Assembly: GCA_949358305.1 (NCBI GenBank)
Contig: OX442314.1
Span: 28,706,001 to 28,770,000 of the forward strand
Direction: 5' to 3'
From: Strigamia acuminata
Taxonomy: Eukaryota
DNA: 64,000 bases
In this document: positions 1-15,300 of the stretch, piece after piece
Numbering within the stretch: the first letter of the stretch is position 1
Layout: each line of letters opens with the position of its first letter
The notes under the pieces: model-generated
The model's input: the letters and a program-made list of their open reading frames with translations, nothing else
Databases searched by the model: none
What the model was told of the DNA's origin: nothing
Program-made: the position numbers and the translations under genes

Positions 1-336
1 AATCTGTTTTTTTAAATTGGGACATTTTTGCATTCCGAGAAAGTTTTTCCATTGGGCCATGTAAGCCAAGATCTATGGAAAAACTTTCTTGAGGACCCAA
101 CCTTGCATTTGCATCGAAACCCAGAAAAACTACAGAAAACCCCATTGCAGAAACATCACAAAAGGATGGCAATCAACTGGGATTCCCAGCAATATCACTC
201 ATCCAAGTACTGACTAGGCCCAATGCTGTTTAATTTCTGTGTTCTAATGTACGAATGAATTCTTCGATTACGCTGTTTTTGCCCACTCTGGGTCTAATAG
301 TTAATAAATTTCATCTTTTTTACGATGGAAACTTAC

Positions 337-3300
337 TTTTCTTCCTGCTTCTCTTCTGTAAAATGAAATACAACAATTTAATAAACTCTACCAACCCCCA
401 TATAAATTTAGTTACCGATTATTTCGTGAAACTCTACGGTCTGGGATATGGCTTCGCCTTTTTCGTTCTTCGCTATCAATTTATACGTGCCCTTATCCTC
501 ATTCGAGGGCATCTCAATCTCCAATTGAATCTGAAACTCTCCCCTTTTGACCTCCTTGATATGTATAAAGTGTTTTCTGTCTTCACGGACAATTTGTTGT
601 TCGCGGTACCAAATTGCTTCTGGTTTCATCGGCGATGTAACGATGCACTCGATAATAACCGATTTCTTCTTTTCCACTTTGATAATCTTAGGTTTCTCGC
701 GTACCACCGGTATCTCTAAAATATTGAAAATTGATAATCAATTACAGCTTGCGGTATGCTAGCAACAGCTATTTTCAAACCTTCAATATTCAACGTGAGG
801 TTAGCATTCAGTTCGCCCAACTCATTCTTGACATTACATTTGAATAGTCCACCATCGGCTTTCATTGGATCCTTTAAAATAATCTGATAAATGTAAATTT
901 CTTCGCTCTCTTGTTTGAAGCTCATCGACAATTTTGAAGTTTCTTTGATGGGCTTTCCGTCCTTAGTCCACACATGGGTCGGTTTAGGCTTAGCACGAAC
1001 TCTGCATTCAAGAACAACCCTCTTGCCATTATCTTCGGATATGATTTTGGGCTTTTCGACAAAGGTGGGTGCTGTGCCTTCAGGTTTGGCTTCACCTTCG
1101 ATATTAAGATTTAGATTCGCATTGGTTTCGCCGTACATGTTTTTAACATTGCATCGGTAAGTTCCACCGTCAGAACCAGAAGGGTCCTATAAAAACAAAG
1201 CAAAATGTTATCCCGAGCAAGTAGACCATCAAAACAACATTATGGCAGTGCTAAAATAAAGAAAAGAAGCCGGCTGCTCCGGGCTGGACTGAGTACAAAT
1301 TTAGTAGCGGGAAATCTGGATGGGTTGGGCCACAGGGACAGGCTACGATGAGCCAGGGAGAGTCCACAGTGGGCCCGCCACGAGCCACCAGGCCACAGGC
1401 CACTGCAAGCTGCTTGCGTCCAAAAATTCTTGATGTTGACGCCAATTCCTGCTTCAACACCAAGTTGAAGTAGCGACGCAATGCAAGGAAAGGTCTTCCG
1501 GCCAATGCAAACAAGCCGCCAATTTCGGATTCTGGAACTAGTTCTAGAACTAGATGCAATTCCAGGTTTCATTGAAACCATCTGATTGGCCAGACGCAAA
1601 ATCAATTGTTTCAGCTCTGTTCACACGTGCCCTACAGTGTGAACAGATTCTGCGTTGCGTTTGACTAATTTTTCCTTGCATTGCGTCTCGTGTGAACACA
1701 AGTGTAAACCTAGCTTTAGCAAACTGACACAAGACTAGGCCTGGAATAGTATTACCTTAATTTCCATGACAACAGTGTAACTATCACCACTGGGTGTAAT
1801 GGTAGTTTTTATTCTAGTAGACGCTCTGACCACAGTTGTTCCCTTGTACCACGTCACTTCTGGTGCAGGTTTAGAATTCACTTGACATTCCATCATAACC
1901 AAAGCTCCATTATCCTTTGGAATGATTTTTGGTTTGCCAATAAATGTTGGGGCTACACCTTCATCTCCGCCTACAATTTCACATAATATCAATTACATCT
2001 CTGAACTATAGTCTTTCAACTATTCACTTGCTTACCTTGGAAGTTAAGTGCTATATTAGCATTGCTGTCGCCAATATCATTTACTGCATTACACTTGTAA
2101 TTGCCTCCATCATCATTTGTTGGGTCCTAAAAAATGAATAAGTTCTTGATACAATTGTCCTCTAGTGAAAGCAACTTTTATTTCTTGGCACCATAGCTAC
2201 TCAAGGAGACTGAATATTCCAAATTTATACATGCTAGTTATTGATTTGTCCTCCCCATCCTTCGAAAAGATGTTGAAGTACATACTTCAAAAAGATAATT
2301 TTTTCCTCTCAGGCTTCCCTAATCTTTGCAGCCCCATTTTTTGCACAACCAAAACACCTGGTTGGTACCTTCATGTATAGAACTTAGAAATCACATTCAC
2401 CTTATGAAATACCAGTAAGGTAATAAACATCTCGTGCTAGTGTTTCTTTCCAAAACGCACGAAATCGCACAAAATCACAATGCGCTTCGGCCAACGTATG
2501 TGGTCGAAGCAGCTTTGGTGCGTTAACGCTAGCATACTAGTATGTGAACTAGGCTTACCGTATTACCTCACATAAAGCGGCATGCCGTTGGGCATGGGTT
2601 TAGCAGGTTTTTAAAATTTTGTCCAAAAAGTGTATACCGGCATGCCGATATAAAACGAAACATGCCGGTATAAGTGAAAAACTTTTTTTTCTTGAGCCCA
2701 GATAAATAATTATATTGGATTTTGGATCTGAAATTTAAGTTTTATTGATATTCTGAAGATTACTACTAAAATTTGGGAAATGTTATACAAATTTCCTTCA
2801 TTTTGGACATCTAAAAATGATTTTTTTGGGTTGTTTTGGCTAAATCCTTTAAAAAAAAATTCGTACTCACTTACACCGGCGTGCCGTTATAAACGATGTT
2901 TATCGGCATGCTGGTATAACTCGAATTATACCGGCATGCGGCTTAATGTGAGGTAATACGGTAAATGCGCGTCAATATGGTATGTCCGTTTAATAGTAGT
3001 TATTGTACCAGATAAAAGGGTACCTAGAGAACCCTCTCGTGTTGAACTCAAGAAGGCCTCCAAATCCCATTGGTCGAGCCTCATCACTACTAACTCCAGA
3101 CTGCATACTACCACTAGGAGAAGTAGTTTGGACTTTTATCTATTTTTGTGATTGTTATAACCATTTAAGTTAATATAATTTTGATTTTTCTTATTAAAAA
3201 ATGTTATTTCCATTTATGTAATACAGTTTTATGCACATATAAATGTAAAACTCATGTTTGTTCTGTTTATTGATTGCTTTGTCTGAAAAGCATATAATTT

Positions 3301-6300
3301 TGAAATTTTGGCCGTTACCTAGGCAATCGATTACAATGTCTGTACATTGTAATGCAATTCTGGTGTTTGGGTCTATTTTTTTGGATCACTATACCAGTAA
3401 AATGGCTCGACCAATGGGATTTAGGGGCCTTTTTGAGTTCAACAAGAGTATAGAATAAATTTTTTCCCAAGGCCTTAATCAGGAGTGCTCGAAAATCTAG
3501 CTATGGTGCTGCCTAACTCACCCTTATTTCTAAGCTCAGTAAATACATGTCTTTGCCTATGCTAGTTTTCTTAATCGTGTGTCGTTTACTCTCATTAATT
3601 TTAGTAGTTCCGCGATACCACTGAATTTCAGGCGAAGGATTGCATTCCAAAATGCATTCCATGATTAAAATATCCCCTTCTTGTTTGATGGTAGGCTTCT
3701 TGGGAAATCGGGGCGCCTTTCCGTCGGGTACTCTGCAAAACACATCCAAATTGAACACTGCAATAAAACCATCAATTTGTTTAATTACTTGGGTTTATCA
3801 TCGTCGCCACCGCCTTCAAAGTTCAAATTAATATTCGCTGTGCCTTCGCCTAATTTATTTTTCGCCACGGCTTTGTATTCGCCGCCGTCGGCCGATTCGA
3901 CGCCAGAAATCTCCATCGTTGCCACGTGTTTCGTAGTGTCGGTTTCGATTTTCATTTTGTATTTTCCGCCTTCTTTTATCACCTTTGTGCCTTGATACCT
4001 GCAAATTGTCACACATTTTAATGAAAAGTGAAAACTCTGTGCTCAATTTTATTTCCAATTACCATGTAATGGTTGGTTTGGGGTCTGCAACAAGTCGGCA
4101 CTCAAAGATGACTTTGTTTCCATCATCGGACTGTCGGATAACGGGTCTATCTGTGAAAGTCGGTTTGACTCCTTCATCTGGGATGTTTGCATCATCACCT
4201 GTTGTAAAAGAAGATGAGAAAATGAGTTTGGCTCGTGTTTTCTTTTAGCACTGTTTGAGCGGTGATGAACATGTATGTATTTATTTGTAACGGCGACCCA
4301 TCTATGGACAAAGGGCCGCCAGAGCAGTGATGAACAGTGAGAATTAGTCAGATGACTTCAAATCTGTACAAACATGGTCATCGTTAACCAGTCCAGTAGT
4401 TTTCGTCCAAGGTATTATTAGGCTGAGACATTCCACAATCTGTAAGCAGTGCTGGAGTGGCCGGGCGGGCTACCGGGAATTCCCCGATGGCCTGTGGCCC
4501 GATGGCCCTTGGCAGGCCCACCATGGCCCCCTCCCTGGCCCACCATAACCTGTCCCTGTGGCCCGACCCATCCAGATTTCCCGGTACTAAATTTGTACCC
4601 AGTCCAGCCGTCTGTAAGACAATTTCTTAAAAACCCAACCTTGCATTTACACCGAGCACTAGTCTTCCACCAAAGAAACATTTTTGGTAACTACTGCACA
4701 CTTATTCTCTAATTTATGCACTTAATCAATGGCAGATTACCCAAAAGGCAGATTTGGCCCCTGCCTATGGTTTTGGGAGCCCAGCTTTCCATCCTTTTGT
4801 CACTAATTAATTTTTTCACTCTTTTTTCTCTTTGTTTTGGGAAAGTGCATTTGAGGACCTAACAATTGTCTGTTTGCTAACCGGTCTGACCTTAGAGACC
4901 CCAAAAGGTATTAATCATATCCACAGCACTGAAATAAATACCGAACAACCCACTTTGCTTAGTCTTTCGTTAGTCCGACCAGGATGGCGGTTAATTCAAA
5001 TTATCCAGCAAAGTTGGATATAAAATAAGCCCCAATTATCTGGCAGTAATTAGACTTTTACGGCATGCCATAAAAAAGATGAGCCAATTATATCCCCAGA
5101 TATAGTCAAACAAAGTAGAGTAATAGGGTATGCATATTCAATTAGTGGGTGGGTGGCAAATATTCTTGCAACAGAAATACTCTAAAATAGACTTGGCTTA
5201 TCTAAGCCACTTTTAAATCTCGAGGGTGTGGACTATAAGCAGAGCAGCTTATCAAATTGCATTTACACGCCAAAGGCTAGTTCACGTGCATGCGTTATTG
5301 CATCAGCTTCAACGCTTCAACGCGCGTTTACGAAGCAACCTAATTAGGGGCCGTCCATAAATTACGTAACGCAATATTTGAGATTTTTAGACCCCCTCCC
5401 CTCTCTGAACCATGGTCCTAACAGATTCCCGAACTCCCCATCCCCTAATTACGTAACAAAACTGAAATCCCCCCCCCCAAATTTTCCAAAAATCATATAA
5501 AAAATGATTATATTTTGATTATTTAAAATTAAAATTTTTTTTATACATGGAAAGTAACAAAATTTGAAACCCCCCTCTCTCCCTTAGTAGTGACTCATAA
5601 CAAAATTTGAAACTCCTTCCCCCCATTGGTGTGTTACGTAATTTATGAACGGCCCCTTAGTTCATACGCAACGCATGTGGACAAAGCAGCTTTGGTGCGT
5701 TAACGCATGCATGTGAACTAGGCTTTACACATCATGCCCTATACCGTAAGTTTACGGTCCCCCAAATTTAAAACAATATTAAAGTTGTGAAGGATGCAAT
5801 TATTTGCTTATGTAAATATTAATATATCTCAATGTAATCTACGCCTGGTATACTTACTGTCAAAGTTGAGTGAAATAGTTGCATTGCTTTCACCCAGTTC
5901 ATTTTTGGCTGTGACTTTGTACTTCCCTGCATCTTCTACAGTCACTTTGCCTACTTCCAAAACTGAAAAGTAGACATTCTTGCCTTCTGCAGTAATGGTT
6001 GACTGAAAATAAAACAAAATAAAGTTGATTTTTGCAAGGTAAATGAATACGTTTGATTTGCTTAAATCGGTTGAATTGCTGACAGATTCTTTGCCAACCA
6101 TCAATCTTAATTTCCACGCATTGCCTACCCACTCGCTCTGGTATGTTGGAACAAATAACTATTTTGTCTGAACATTTTTAAAGTCTTGGCATCGTGCAGG
6201 AGCGGATGTAATAAACCAGCCGGCCATTACAAATGATTCCACAACTCAACTTTAAAATGCTAATTAGTTTCCACCCAATGTCCCTTATTCTGCTTGTGAG

Positions 6301-9300
6301 GCGTCTTAACATGAAATAAATCCTGAATAAAAACGTGCTTTTTGGGTGTAGTATCCATAAACAGCAATTAAATTCCTTCATTCCCACCCAATTAACGAAG
6401 TAGACACACTTCTTTCAACACTTCTGATTTTACTCACATTTTTTGGTAGTGGATGCTTTACCTGCAAGCATTAGAACAATTGGAAATTCGACCCTAAGTG
6501 GCAGCCATTATGTAAAAACCAAAACCAGGCATAAACCACGTGAAAAACCACTCTACCACTCTACAATCAGCAGTTAGTTTTTCTTGTATAGGTTTACATC
6601 TTTGGCAACGATCGCAGCGCACTATTGGTTCAAGTTCATGAACTTGAACTTAGTTCACTTTGAAAAAAATTAGAGTGAACGTAAACGTGAACGCGTTCAC
6701 ACGGTCATGAACGCAAACTTGAACGCGTTCACAATTTAGTGAACGAGACACAACACTGGCTAAATTCGTAATGCGCATTCCATTCTGCGCAGACGATTTT
6801 CTAATTCCAGTTGCTAATATTAGGCTTAATAATGCTAAAATAAAGTAAATAAACAACAATAAACTCAATATTAAAAGTAATTTACAGAGTAGTATCAAAA
6901 TATTTTTGTTAATTTACCTTCTTTAAGCATTACTAGGCCTAATATTAGGCTTAATACTGCTAAATAACAACTGGAATTAGAAAATCGTCTGCGCACAATG
7001 GGATGTGCAGTACGAATTTAGTATCAAGATACCGGGCGCAAACTGTAAGTGTCAGAAGGGTGTTGGTTTCACAGATATCTTACACCCACCAGCTTTGCAC
7101 TTTAAGTCGTCAACACCAAAATGTGAAGTGAAGAAAGCTGTACAGCCGGGTACCGTGCCGTCTGTTGTAAACTTAAGATTAGGATAATATCCCTGATTAG
7201 TTCACTTGTCCAATGATTGAGAAAATATCTACACAAAAATCCACTTTTTAATTTTTCCATAAATTTGGAACCCTTTAAGAGTGAGAGAGGCTTAAAAGCT
7301 AACCAGTTCATTGACCTCATCATAGCAGCCCCTTGATTAAGAGCTGCTTTATGTGCTTTGTCTCGCCATGTCTGTTTTAAGCCCTACTAAACTTGCATTC
7401 ATTCATTAACCGAGTGAGTTAAAGCCGTAAACCAATCATGTGTGGCAATTGGCTGATGTTTAAATTCCTGAATTAGAATTTCATTGTCTGCTTGAAAATG
7501 TTTTCCAAACATCAGCATGCACAACTATTGTTACATTAAATTGACTCACGACAACATTTCCTCAATTTCAGTTAAGTGTTTTTTTTCTGGACCTCGATAA
7601 AAATTTTCAATAGTATCCGGACCCCACTTAAAATTACTTGCCGACCCCTGGTACAGAGCATAAATCTAATGGTTAGTTTTCCGATAGTAAGAGTCACTCT
7701 AGTCACTTCTTCCAACGGCTTTTTATAAATTAACCGTCAGTTCCATCCACCACCCACGGCTTTTTCAGGGCCATCCTAACACATTTAAACATCTTTGGCT
7801 AAAAATATCAGATGCCACTTTCCCCTTTGTCGTAACTGAAAAAAATTCATTTTTAAAATGATGTTTAATTCAAATTCAAATGACTTTTGGAACGCAGCTA
7901 GTGAGTTAGGGTTCATTTCACATCAGCTGCCGAAATATCATAAAAATCTAAAATAACGCGCAACCCTTCCCCAACTGTATTAAAACCCAAATAAATAAAT
8001 TGAATCCATACAGATTAGTGCTGGCAACAAACCAAAAATGATCCCTTAATATCTGAGACAAAAGAAGAAGCTGGCAAGATGCAACTACTCATCTCAAGAG
8101 GGCACTAATTTCAGAATGGTCTCTCCCAAAGAACACCACGTGATCCATCAACTTGCCTGGCATTAAGCATTGCCAATGTAAAGCACTACAGTGACAAACA
8201 GCCCGTAAAAACGCCTTAACGGCATTCACCAGCGCTTTTAATGTCATCAGTCAACACCAATATCGCAAACGATGCTATAGTTTACGCTCTTTAGATCAAA
8301 CAATACAGTTACCATGTTTACATGGTCACAGTTTTCCAGATAAGTGAATATTCGGATTTTATTTATCTGGATAACCGTTTGCGTTTACATGACGTTAGTT
8401 TTCTGGTAAACATGACGTCATACGAGAATTACCCATACTGCCCTTTGATTATCTGGAACAACAAAATGGCTGTTGATCCATTTCAGCCAAACAAATGAAA
8501 TGGTGGTTAGGAAAGAGGTTTTTGCTCAAATCTTTGCAATGGTGCCTAATATGCAAATTCTGATCCCAAAAATGGTGGTTTTAGCTGATTTCACATTGAT
8601 TTCGATACCAAATGTCGTTGGTACGTAGGCCTAACGTATTTTTACTACACATACATGTGTAAACGTTCACAGAAAGTTGCAGAAAGAAAAAGCACTGAGC
8701 AAAATGTTAGCGAAGCTAATTTTGTTGGTTAGTAGAGTAGACCCATTTTCATAATAATGGTCAATGTCATTATGTTTTGTTTACAACAATGGAGGCTTCC
8801 ACAGTTCAAGGGTGGATCCAAAAGAACTATTTTTGTTTTTGGGGGCGGCAAGTAAATTTAAATATTTTTAAACAACTTTCTTTTTTTCTCACGACACACC
8901 ACGGTCAACCCTTTAGGTAGTTCTTACCGGAGTAAAAATTACCTCCGAAAACCTGGCAAGAAATTAAACATCCCTAGTTAAAATTTGAGCTAGCATTTAT
9001 ATAATTCCTTCCATCCAAGCCAAAGTTTAACTCCAAATGAAATAAATTTCCAGCTTCTTAAAATAGTCCCCTTTTTGCAGGTGCTCCACTTAACACCTCA
9101 AATCATGACAAGTGTATATACACAAACATGAAGAAACATTCCGTGCAAATTAAAAATAAATCTAATCCAAACAGGAGAAAGAAAAATTCCAATTATTCAA
9201 AAAATTTCCCACCATTACAATTTAAAAAAAAAAAAAACAACCAATAAAATAAATAAATAAATAAATAAATAAACAAATAAAAATTAAATGAACATTTAAT

Positions 9301-12300
9301 TTGCATTACCACCGATAACTTTCCGAAAAACATCCGAAAGCAGAAACTCGATGCCAAGAACCTATTTAGGAAAGCCATTTGGCTTTGCCACTTGAAATAA
9401 CCCAACGAACCTTTTTTAAACTTGTTTCTTTTATATATTAAAACGTTTATGAAACTTTCCCTGACACTTTTCCCACAAGAAACAATGCGAGGAAAAAAAG
9501 ATGTATGCTCTCCAGCAATCAAATATGATGGTATACATAACACAGTGCTGGATTAAACCCCGCGGAGGCCCATAGACAGTCGAAATCTCAGGGCCCACCT
9601 CGCAAATTTTTGATTTTACCGACCAACAATTATTGTCGCGGGCCTAATCTGGCACTGCACCACGTTATATCAAACCTTAAATCTTCCTGCTGGTGTGACC
9701 AAATTGCCGTTGTGAAACCACGAAAGAGTCGGTTTCGGATCGGCAAGAATCCGACATTCGAATAAAAGCCGCTTCCCATCATCTTCCTGCTTTATTGCCG
9801 GTTTCTGTTGGAAAGTTGGTGCTAATCCATCAATTTGCCTTTAAAAACAAATAAAAAATAAAAATAAACAAAAATAAATATTTTATAAACAAAAAAAAAA
9901 ATCCAAATCCAAAAAATCCAAAAAAAAAAAAAAAATCAGCACTTCCGGTTTAAAATTAGCAAGAAATAAATATAAACAGAGACCCCATTTTGATTCAACA
10001 AATTCACGAGAAATAAATGTAAAGCAAAATGCATGCATAACTTTGACGAGTTTCTATTAATAAAAACGTAAAGAAAAAGGAAGGAAAAAAAGTAACAACG
10101 CTTTTACCTATTCGCCATTACAGCTTTTCTCGTTTAATTAGGAAACTGAACGAAGTAATCGAACTAAGAGCACGTTTAGATACATCCTAGCGCGAGGAAA
10201 TGTATAGATACATGTAGAGGAAGAAAAATGTCGAATAAAAATCCAGGGAGAAGGAAATGAAGTGGAGATGCGATGCGCACAAACTCCACTGAGGTATCCC
10301 GGCCCGTGGAGTTCCTAATATGGGAGACGAGAGGGCGTGAGAGAAGTGGGACTCCAGAGCACTCTGCCAGATAGTTAGTCAGCTGCTTTGGGTAAAGGAA
10401 AAATGATATGTGACAGCGAAAAGATGTGATTCGTCTCTCCGCGAGTGGCACACGCACACGCGAAATATTATTGCATTTCTTATTTTTATCTTTTGTCGGA
10501 ATTATCATTGTTTTTTTTTGTTTGTTTTTTATAAAATGTTTTAGGTCACGTGTGCAAATTTTGCGTCATGGGTGAGTAAACTCAATCAAGGATGAGTTGA
10601 ATTCCTGGTTGCAGGATAAAATGGGGAAGAATTTTTGCGATTTTGCTGCGTTGTGCAGATGATTTTGTGATTTTTCTGTAATTTTCAGATAATTTTGCGA
10701 TTTTTCTGTAATTTTCAGATAATTTTGCGATTTTTCTGTAATTTTCAGATAATTTTGCGATTTTACTGCGATTTTTACACAAAATTTTGCGATTTTGCTG
10801 AAATTAGCAGATAATTTTGCGATTTTTCTGTAATTTTCAGATAATTTTGCAATTTTTCTGTAATTTTCAGATAATTTTGCGATTTTCCTGCGATTTACAG
10901 ATACCGTAATTTTGCGATTTTGCTGAGATGAGCAGATAATTTTGCGATTTTGCTGAGATGAGCAGATAATTTTGCGATTTTTCTGTAATTTTCAGATAAT
11001 TTTGCAATTTTTCTGTAATTTTCAGATAATTTTGCGATTTTTCTGTAATTTTCAGATAATTTTGCGATTTTACTGCGATTTTTACACAAAATTTTGCGAT
11101 TTTGCTGAAATTAGCAGATAATTTTGCGATTTTTCTGTAATTTTCAGATAATTTTGCAATTTTTCTGTAATTTTCAGATAATTTTGCGATTTTCCTGCGA
11201 TTTACAGATACCGTAATTTTGCGATTTTGCTGAGATGAGCAGATAATTTTGCGATTTTTCTGTCAGATAATTTTGCGATTTTACTGCGATTTGCAAATAA
11301 TTTGGTAATTTTACTGCGTTTTGTCGAAAATTTTGCAATTTTACTGCGATTTACAGTTTTTACACACAATTTTGCGATTTTGCAATGCTATAAAAATACT
11401 CTGTTGGTCATAACTCGTGGTTTTGCATTTTCGGTGACAATCAAGTGTTTTTATTGGCGTGAATTTTCGCCAATTTTGCTAAATAGATTTCACGCTGCAA
11501 CGTTATTACCTGGTAAAGGTAAATATAGATGAAATTCAAGCAGGTACAAAACGATTAAAACGTCCTTTCAAGTCGCAAGTGCACGTTCAAGTCCAATGCT
11601 GATGTTGAGCTTTAAATTGACCCAGGACAAACAAAAAGATTGTTGTTCAATGCCAAGCAGGAGAAACAACGCCAGACACTGTGAATTGCTAAAAAACAAG
11701 CTCAGTGCCATATAAAAATAGATTTATGACTTTATATTGGAATGTTCCCATATCGAAAATGAACAAGTGTTTGGTTGAAATTTCAAATTTCAAATTTTTT
11801 GTGCACAAACTGACTAAAATAAAAAATAAAATAAAATAAAAAAATAAAAAAAATAAAAAAATAAATAAAACTTCAGCGGTCTTATTTACTATTTTGGTTT
11901 TTACAACAAAATTCAAAATGGCAGCTTATTAATAGATCGAGCAAGTGCAAAAAAAGGAAAAAGCAAGTAAACAAGATTTCTTTGGGTTTGTTAGTGTGAA
12001 TCAGACTAAATCCGGAACCTTGTCTGGACCTACGGCGTAAAGTGGAGTCTCACTCAAAACCCAGTGACTTAAGCGGTAGACCCACATACGGTAGTTCAAA
12101 AATACATTGAAATTACATAGCATTACTTTGTAATGCATTCCCCAGTAGCACGAATGATAGATTTAACATCTCATCTATACCCCAAACCGATACAACGTGG
12201 TCCTAACTCCTATTGGTTGAGCCTGATTACGCCTAACTGTACTGTGCTCTACTACGCAGAAAAATAGTTCTGTTTATTCTCAATGACGTCACATACAAAC

Positions 12301-15300
12301 ACGAAACGAGTTTTGCATAAGTTTTAGAGTTTTTGAATGCAGCTAGTGTAAAAAGTGATTAGAATAATGGATTTTATTTATTTGGTAATAAAACATTTAT
12401 TTTATTTGCTAAAATAAGTATTTTTCCCCTTTTAATCAATCAAACAATGTTAGCATAGTTTGTTGGTTTCTTTTAGCAGGCAAAGGTTTAGTCTTTTATT
12501 GGTTGTTTTGCCTAGTTAGATTACAATTCTGGTGTTATGGGCTACTTTTTTGTGCCATTAAGTGAAAAGCAATATTTTTGAACCATGTGGGGAGTTTTAC
12601 CTGGAACATCAGTGGGTACACACCACCTGTGTTTCATACCTATATATAGACTAGCATTCCTAGCTAATGTGTCCTATGTGTCTGTTGCATATACAGTGTA
12701 AGCTGCATGGTTGGTACATAGCACTATCAGGATAGTAGTGTCATTCAAACAGTACTGCTAGGGCCCAAACAATCAAGTAAGTCACAATGTAATTATGCAG
12801 AGTTCAAAGATGAATTTTCTTGCTCTTTGTCTACATTTTCTGCATTTTTTGCACTTCTTCGTTGTAATTTAAGTGGAAAAAATTTAGCAGATGTTGAGTT
12901 GGTAAGTATTTATTATTAGTTTAATGTCTGCTTGCTTCTGAAACTAAAAACAGACTCAAAAGAGTGGTAACCTGGACCTTCATATCAGATCAAAAGGTAA
13001 GCATGCATTGCAGTTTCGCTATCACATCCAATTGGCAATTACATTTGCTGCTTCATGTAATTCTTTTGGATTAAAATATTTGTGTTTAAAGTGGATGATG
13101 CACCATTTTTGTACAATGAGTGGGTTGAAATGGCTCAGTTCATTGCACATGTTGGCAAAGGAAAACTTGCATTCTTTGAATTTAAATGTCATTATAAAAT
13201 ATGTAAATAAACACATTTTTATTTTTGGATGAAACTGTTGTAGGAAATGCATTTTTCAGCTAAAATGTTTTACCACATAAACAGAAATTGAATGAAAATG
13301 ATTTATTTCCAATTCCATCCTCCAGTGATTTAATTCACTAACCATATTCATACTAATTTAAATTTTTATATATTTTTTAAACCAGTCTAAATGCATATTC
13401 TAGGCTATGGGTTCCCAAACTTTTTAGCATCGCGACCCATTTTTAAGCAAAGCGATCTTCCACGCCCCACTTCATCTACCAATGCATTAAATTTTTCAAA
13501 AATGAACTACTAATAAGAAAGAAAAAAAAGAAATTTTGCATAAAATTTTACATAAAATTTACATAAGTTTGCAAAAAATGATTTTAGTGCACTATTCTAG
13601 GGAGCCGTCATGTCTACAAGTTAGTTAGATTATTACATTTGTGCCGTTGCGCCCCACCAAAAATCAGCTCGCGCCTCACAGTTTGGGAAACGCTGTTCTA
13701 GGCTATTTAACTGTAGTAAATTTAGAAAGCGTGTTTAAAATTGCAATTACCCATATGGTTCAAAAATGTATTTTACAATAAATTGCTCTTCACTTAATTT
13801 ATTCCAAAATGTACAGCATTTCGCAGAATTAAAAATATTATTTGTATTAAATGACGCATTTCGTAATACAATTGAAAAAATGCATTTGGAAATGCATTCA
13901 TATCTGACAAATAATAATATTGGGATGCATTTCATAATACATTTTACAAAATGTGTTACGATTTGCAAACCAATATCACGCAAAAATGTATTACAAAATG
14001 CATTCTCGTGAATCCCAATGTATTTCAAAACACATTGTAATATAATTTCAACGTATTTTTTAGCCACATTGCTAATGGAATTACTAATTATAATTCATTT
14101 ACATCAAGAACACTTGGAAATGGCATTGAATTGTTATTCAACACCTGATTTCACTCAACTAAATTTTTTTATTTTGCATATTTTTATTTTTATTTTGCAT
14201 ATTTTTATTTTTATTCTGCATATTTTTATTTTTATTCTGCATATTTTTATTTTTATTTTGCATAAAATGGATTTTTTGGTGCAATTTTATGCGCATAAAA
14301 CAAATTTTAATTTGGCAAAATTTTTATTTGAAATTTCAAGTTCAAACAAGTCGCTTAAATGCTCGTTTAACAATGTTGTCTTCAAAGGTTGTTTAGTCTA
14401 AATGACTTTTCAAAGGCGGCAGCTGACGTTTCTCCTTTTGAGCGCACGAATCAAAATCATCAAAAATACTCCAAACAACCAGAGCCCTCTTTAATTCATC
14501 TGATCTATTGCCAATTTAAAGACGCACCCAAAATTCTTGCTCTTTAAAAAATAGACTCAAACACCAGGTAAACTACATATAGAAAAACCAGCAGAAAAGC
14601 AAAATAAAATTTAAACCACCAACCAAACCAAACTTTAACAAACTCATCTGAATTCCTTGTTGAAGTGCTGCCCAACAGAACATTAACACTTCACAGCAAT
14701 GCATCTCGCTTTCAACACACAAAGCATATACCATCTGGAACCCCTATGCACAAGGTACAAAAAGTATGCTTTTTAAGTGCTCAATTCTGCCCAATTTGGA
14801 CTAGATTTTAGCAACAGAAGCGACTTTAATCTGACATACCAATACGATTCAAAAATACATCAAAATTATATTGCAGTGTATTCTGAAGTGCATCGGCTTT
14901 CACGAGAATGCATTTTGCATGCTATTGGTTTACGAATGATAATATATTTTGTAAAATCAATTATAAAATTAAAAAGAATTAAACCCTTTGCATCAAATTA
15001 AATTTAAAGTTAAAACCAACAAATTTGAAATTTAAAAACTGTAAACTTATTGTGCGTGTTTATTGTAAATTGTCTTTTTAATTTCGCAAAGTTATTGATT
15101 AAAACAAAAGTTTACACTTTTTGTAAATGTAACTTTACAAAGCTAAAAGTTCAAATTTACATTAACTTTTCAGCAATTAAAAGACGTTTAAAGCCATATT
15201 TTTTTCCAGTGTAAATTGATCGAACTCTGAAAAGATTAATTTCCGACAAAATAAACACATTAAGCCAGGGCCCTTAAACTTTGAAGGCCTTCTTATAAAG

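Noticed and set aside
10582..11089. ORFs with repeated KIAKLSENYR
   Set aside because: Translation artefacts of the 30-bp tandem repeat.
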